DNA of 64,000 bases from an uncultured Desulfosarcina sp. Lineage in GTDB: Bacteria > Desulfobacterota > Desulfobacteria > Desulfobacterales > Desulfosarcinaceae. The notes under the pieces were generated by a model. That model was given only the letters and a program-made list of their open reading frames with translations, did no database searches and was not told the DNA's origin. Position numbers and translations under genes: made by a program. The stretch covers positions 1,152,001 to 1,216,000 of the forward strand of contig CAXXWQ010000003.1 of assembly GCA_963674945.2 (NCBI GenBank), given 5' to 3'. Shown in pieces: positions 60,477 through 64,000 of the stretch (within the stretch, counting starts at the first letter, position 1; each line of letters begins with the position of its first letter).

Positions 60477-61589
60477 CTATGGGGCGGTGGGTACAGATGA
60501 TACCGGGGAACCTGGCCCCGGCCGGCTTTGCATGAGAGCGGGCGCGGTTTCGAGCGCTTTACCCGATCCTGATTTGGGTCTGCCCGTTCGTTCCATCAGG
60601 CTGTCAATGACATCGATCAGCTGTTTCATGATTTCCTCCCCCTGGGGATCTTCGATCAGGGCCACGGCGATGTATCGTCGCCAGACCGGCCCCCATATCA
60701 ACACCGAGTCGCTGTGCCATATCTTCCAAGTACCGGATTTTCTGAACAGCGCCGCTCCCGGCACGCGTTTTTCCAACGCGCCGACGAATTTGTGATGCAA
60801 TTTGGGATCGGCCAGCATTTCCAACATCTGTCCACTCCGCTCGTGACTCACCAGCTTTCCCATGGCAAGCAGATAATAGAACCGGCAAACCTGAGTGGCG
60901 GTGGCAGCATGGGAGAGCCCTTGCATCGCTTCGGGATGGCGTTCACCCGTAGCCGCATACCGTTTTCCCACCCACAATCCACCGCCCCGTTCCGGGTTGT
61001 AGAGCCGGTATTTGGGCGATTTCAATACCTTTTCAATGTAATCGAATTCCAGGCGATCGATCATGCGGGTCGCCGCCTGATTGTCCGATTTGCTGATCAT
61101 TTGTTGCATATCGTTCAGGACCTCGGGCGTCTCCTGTATATGGCCATCTTCCAACGCATGGGCAGATGCCAGGAGTACGGCGATTTTTGGAAGGCTGGCC
61201 GCATACATCATCACCCTGCCATTGATTCGCGCGAAACGCACATTTTCCGGATCACTGATATCGACGACGCCGATGGCCATTTTCTTTTCACGAATCAGCC
61301 TTCGCCATTTGGGATCGGCTTCGACCGTTTTTTTCAGGTCGGATTCCATCCGCTTATCGACGAGGTTGTACAGGGAAATGACTTCCTTTCCACGGCGGTC
61401 ATAGGGCAAGGGGACCTTGTTTGCACAATAACCGGGGGAAACCTTCGCAACAATCACAAAAAGGACGATAAAGGTGGTCTTGATGGCTGCGTTCAATGCA
61501 ATACCGGATGACACGAATTCTTCTCTTTTCGTAATGAGACCGAAATAAAAGCATCTCGTATGAAACGTGATCATGGACTTCGTTTCCAT
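60477..61589 (-). CDS. Class-A beta-lactamase-fold serine hydrolase, probably exported (start uncertain)
   Basis: 'AASLPK', 'SDN' and 'KSG' motifs; N-terminal hydrophobic segment. Confidence 0.83.
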   Translation of the reverse strand: METKSMITFHTRCFYFGLITKREEFVSSGIALNAAIKTTFIVLFVIVAKVSPGYCANKVPLPYDRRGKEVISLYNLVDKRMESDLKKTVEADPKWRRLIREKKMAIGVVDISDPENVRFARINGRVMMYAASLPKIAVLLASAHALEDGHIQETPEVLNDMQQMISKSDNQAATRMIDRLEFDYIEKVLKSPKYRLYNPERGGGLWVGKRYAATGERHPEAMQGLSHAATATQVCRFYYLLAMGKLVSHERSGQMLEMLADPKLHHKFVGALEKRVPGAALFRKSGTWKIWHSDSVLIWGPVWRRYIAVALIEDPQGEEIMKQLIDVIDSLMERTGRPKSGSGKALETAPALMQSRPGPGSPVSSVPTAP

Positions 61590-61616
61590 TTTTCATGAAT
61601 CGTCATGTGTTTTGGT

Positions 61617-61632
61617 AGCAGTTTGTATGCCA
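61617..61632 (-). promoter_or_regulatory. Sigma-54 promoter
   Basis: Minus strand TGGCATACAAACTGCT. Confidence 0.7.
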
Positions 61633-61665
61633 TTCTAACATCCTATCATTTATCGAAAAAATTGA

Positions 61666-63680
<2,015 letters not shown>

Positions 63681-63712
63681 TACTTGATCTTCACAGACAG
63701 CCTGGCAATGAA

Positions 63713-63755
63713 AAACCATGCCTTCCGATAGATTTCGGTAGGCATGGTTTGTTTT
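63713..63755 (+). terminator. Probable intrinsic terminator after groEL
   Basis: aaaccatgcct...aggcatggttt stem followed by a T-rich tail. Confidence 0.6.
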
Positions 63756-64000
63756 GGCTACCCAATGGCCGGCTGGAAGCATAGAGCGTTCTGAATTCGG
63801 AGTTTCGAATGCAAAAAAACTTTGACAATCATAAGGATCCGAGAAAACATGAGATTGACTTGAACGATGAGCGGGCAACAACACGATAATCGCCTTGCAC
63901 CGGCCGTCATACTTGTCATCTTGTTTCTTCCAATGTAATCTCCATTTCACTCAAGGTTGATGAAATCGATTCGAAACCTACAGATAGAGGGAGAAACACA

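Noticed and set aside
54164..61589. Calling the serine hydrolases antibiotic-resistance beta-lactamases
   Set aside because: Fold motifs are present, but no clear omega-loop ExxLN is seen and the context suggests another role.

Overview
A 64-kb accessory-looking region from a sulfate-reducer-type deltaproteobacterium. Desulfobacterota, Desulfosarcina-like, is inferred from gene content such as the DVU0150/DUF4881/TauE module; it was not verified. It encodes efflux and transport systems (TolC-HlyD-ABC2, an RND pump, MlaEFD, Na/Pi, ArsB/NhaD), signalling proteins, malic enzyme, MprF, ferritin, an orphan groEL and two IS elements, one an IS66 with an 8-bp TSD. About 11 genes are broken, several by large internal deletions. 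The most striking feature is at 51-61.6 kb. A signal-peptide-bearing PEP-synthase/PPDK-family dikinase with glucan-water-dikinase-like domain order sits with an NTT/TLC-type ATP/ADP translocase-HEAT fusion, two class-A-beta-lactamase-fold serine proteins and a Na/Pi symporter. This is a candidate ATP-fuelled extracytoplasmic phosphorylation system. The ORF track also misses a UGA-recoded UxxC peroxiredoxin-like selenoprotein with a SECIS hairpin. Eight sigma-54 promoters were found, including a ~227-bp divergent promoter/enhancer cassette present twice 30 kb apart, along with a REP-like palindrome present twice. No tRNA, rRNA or CRISPR array was seen. All family assignments are by eye from motifs; no searches were run.
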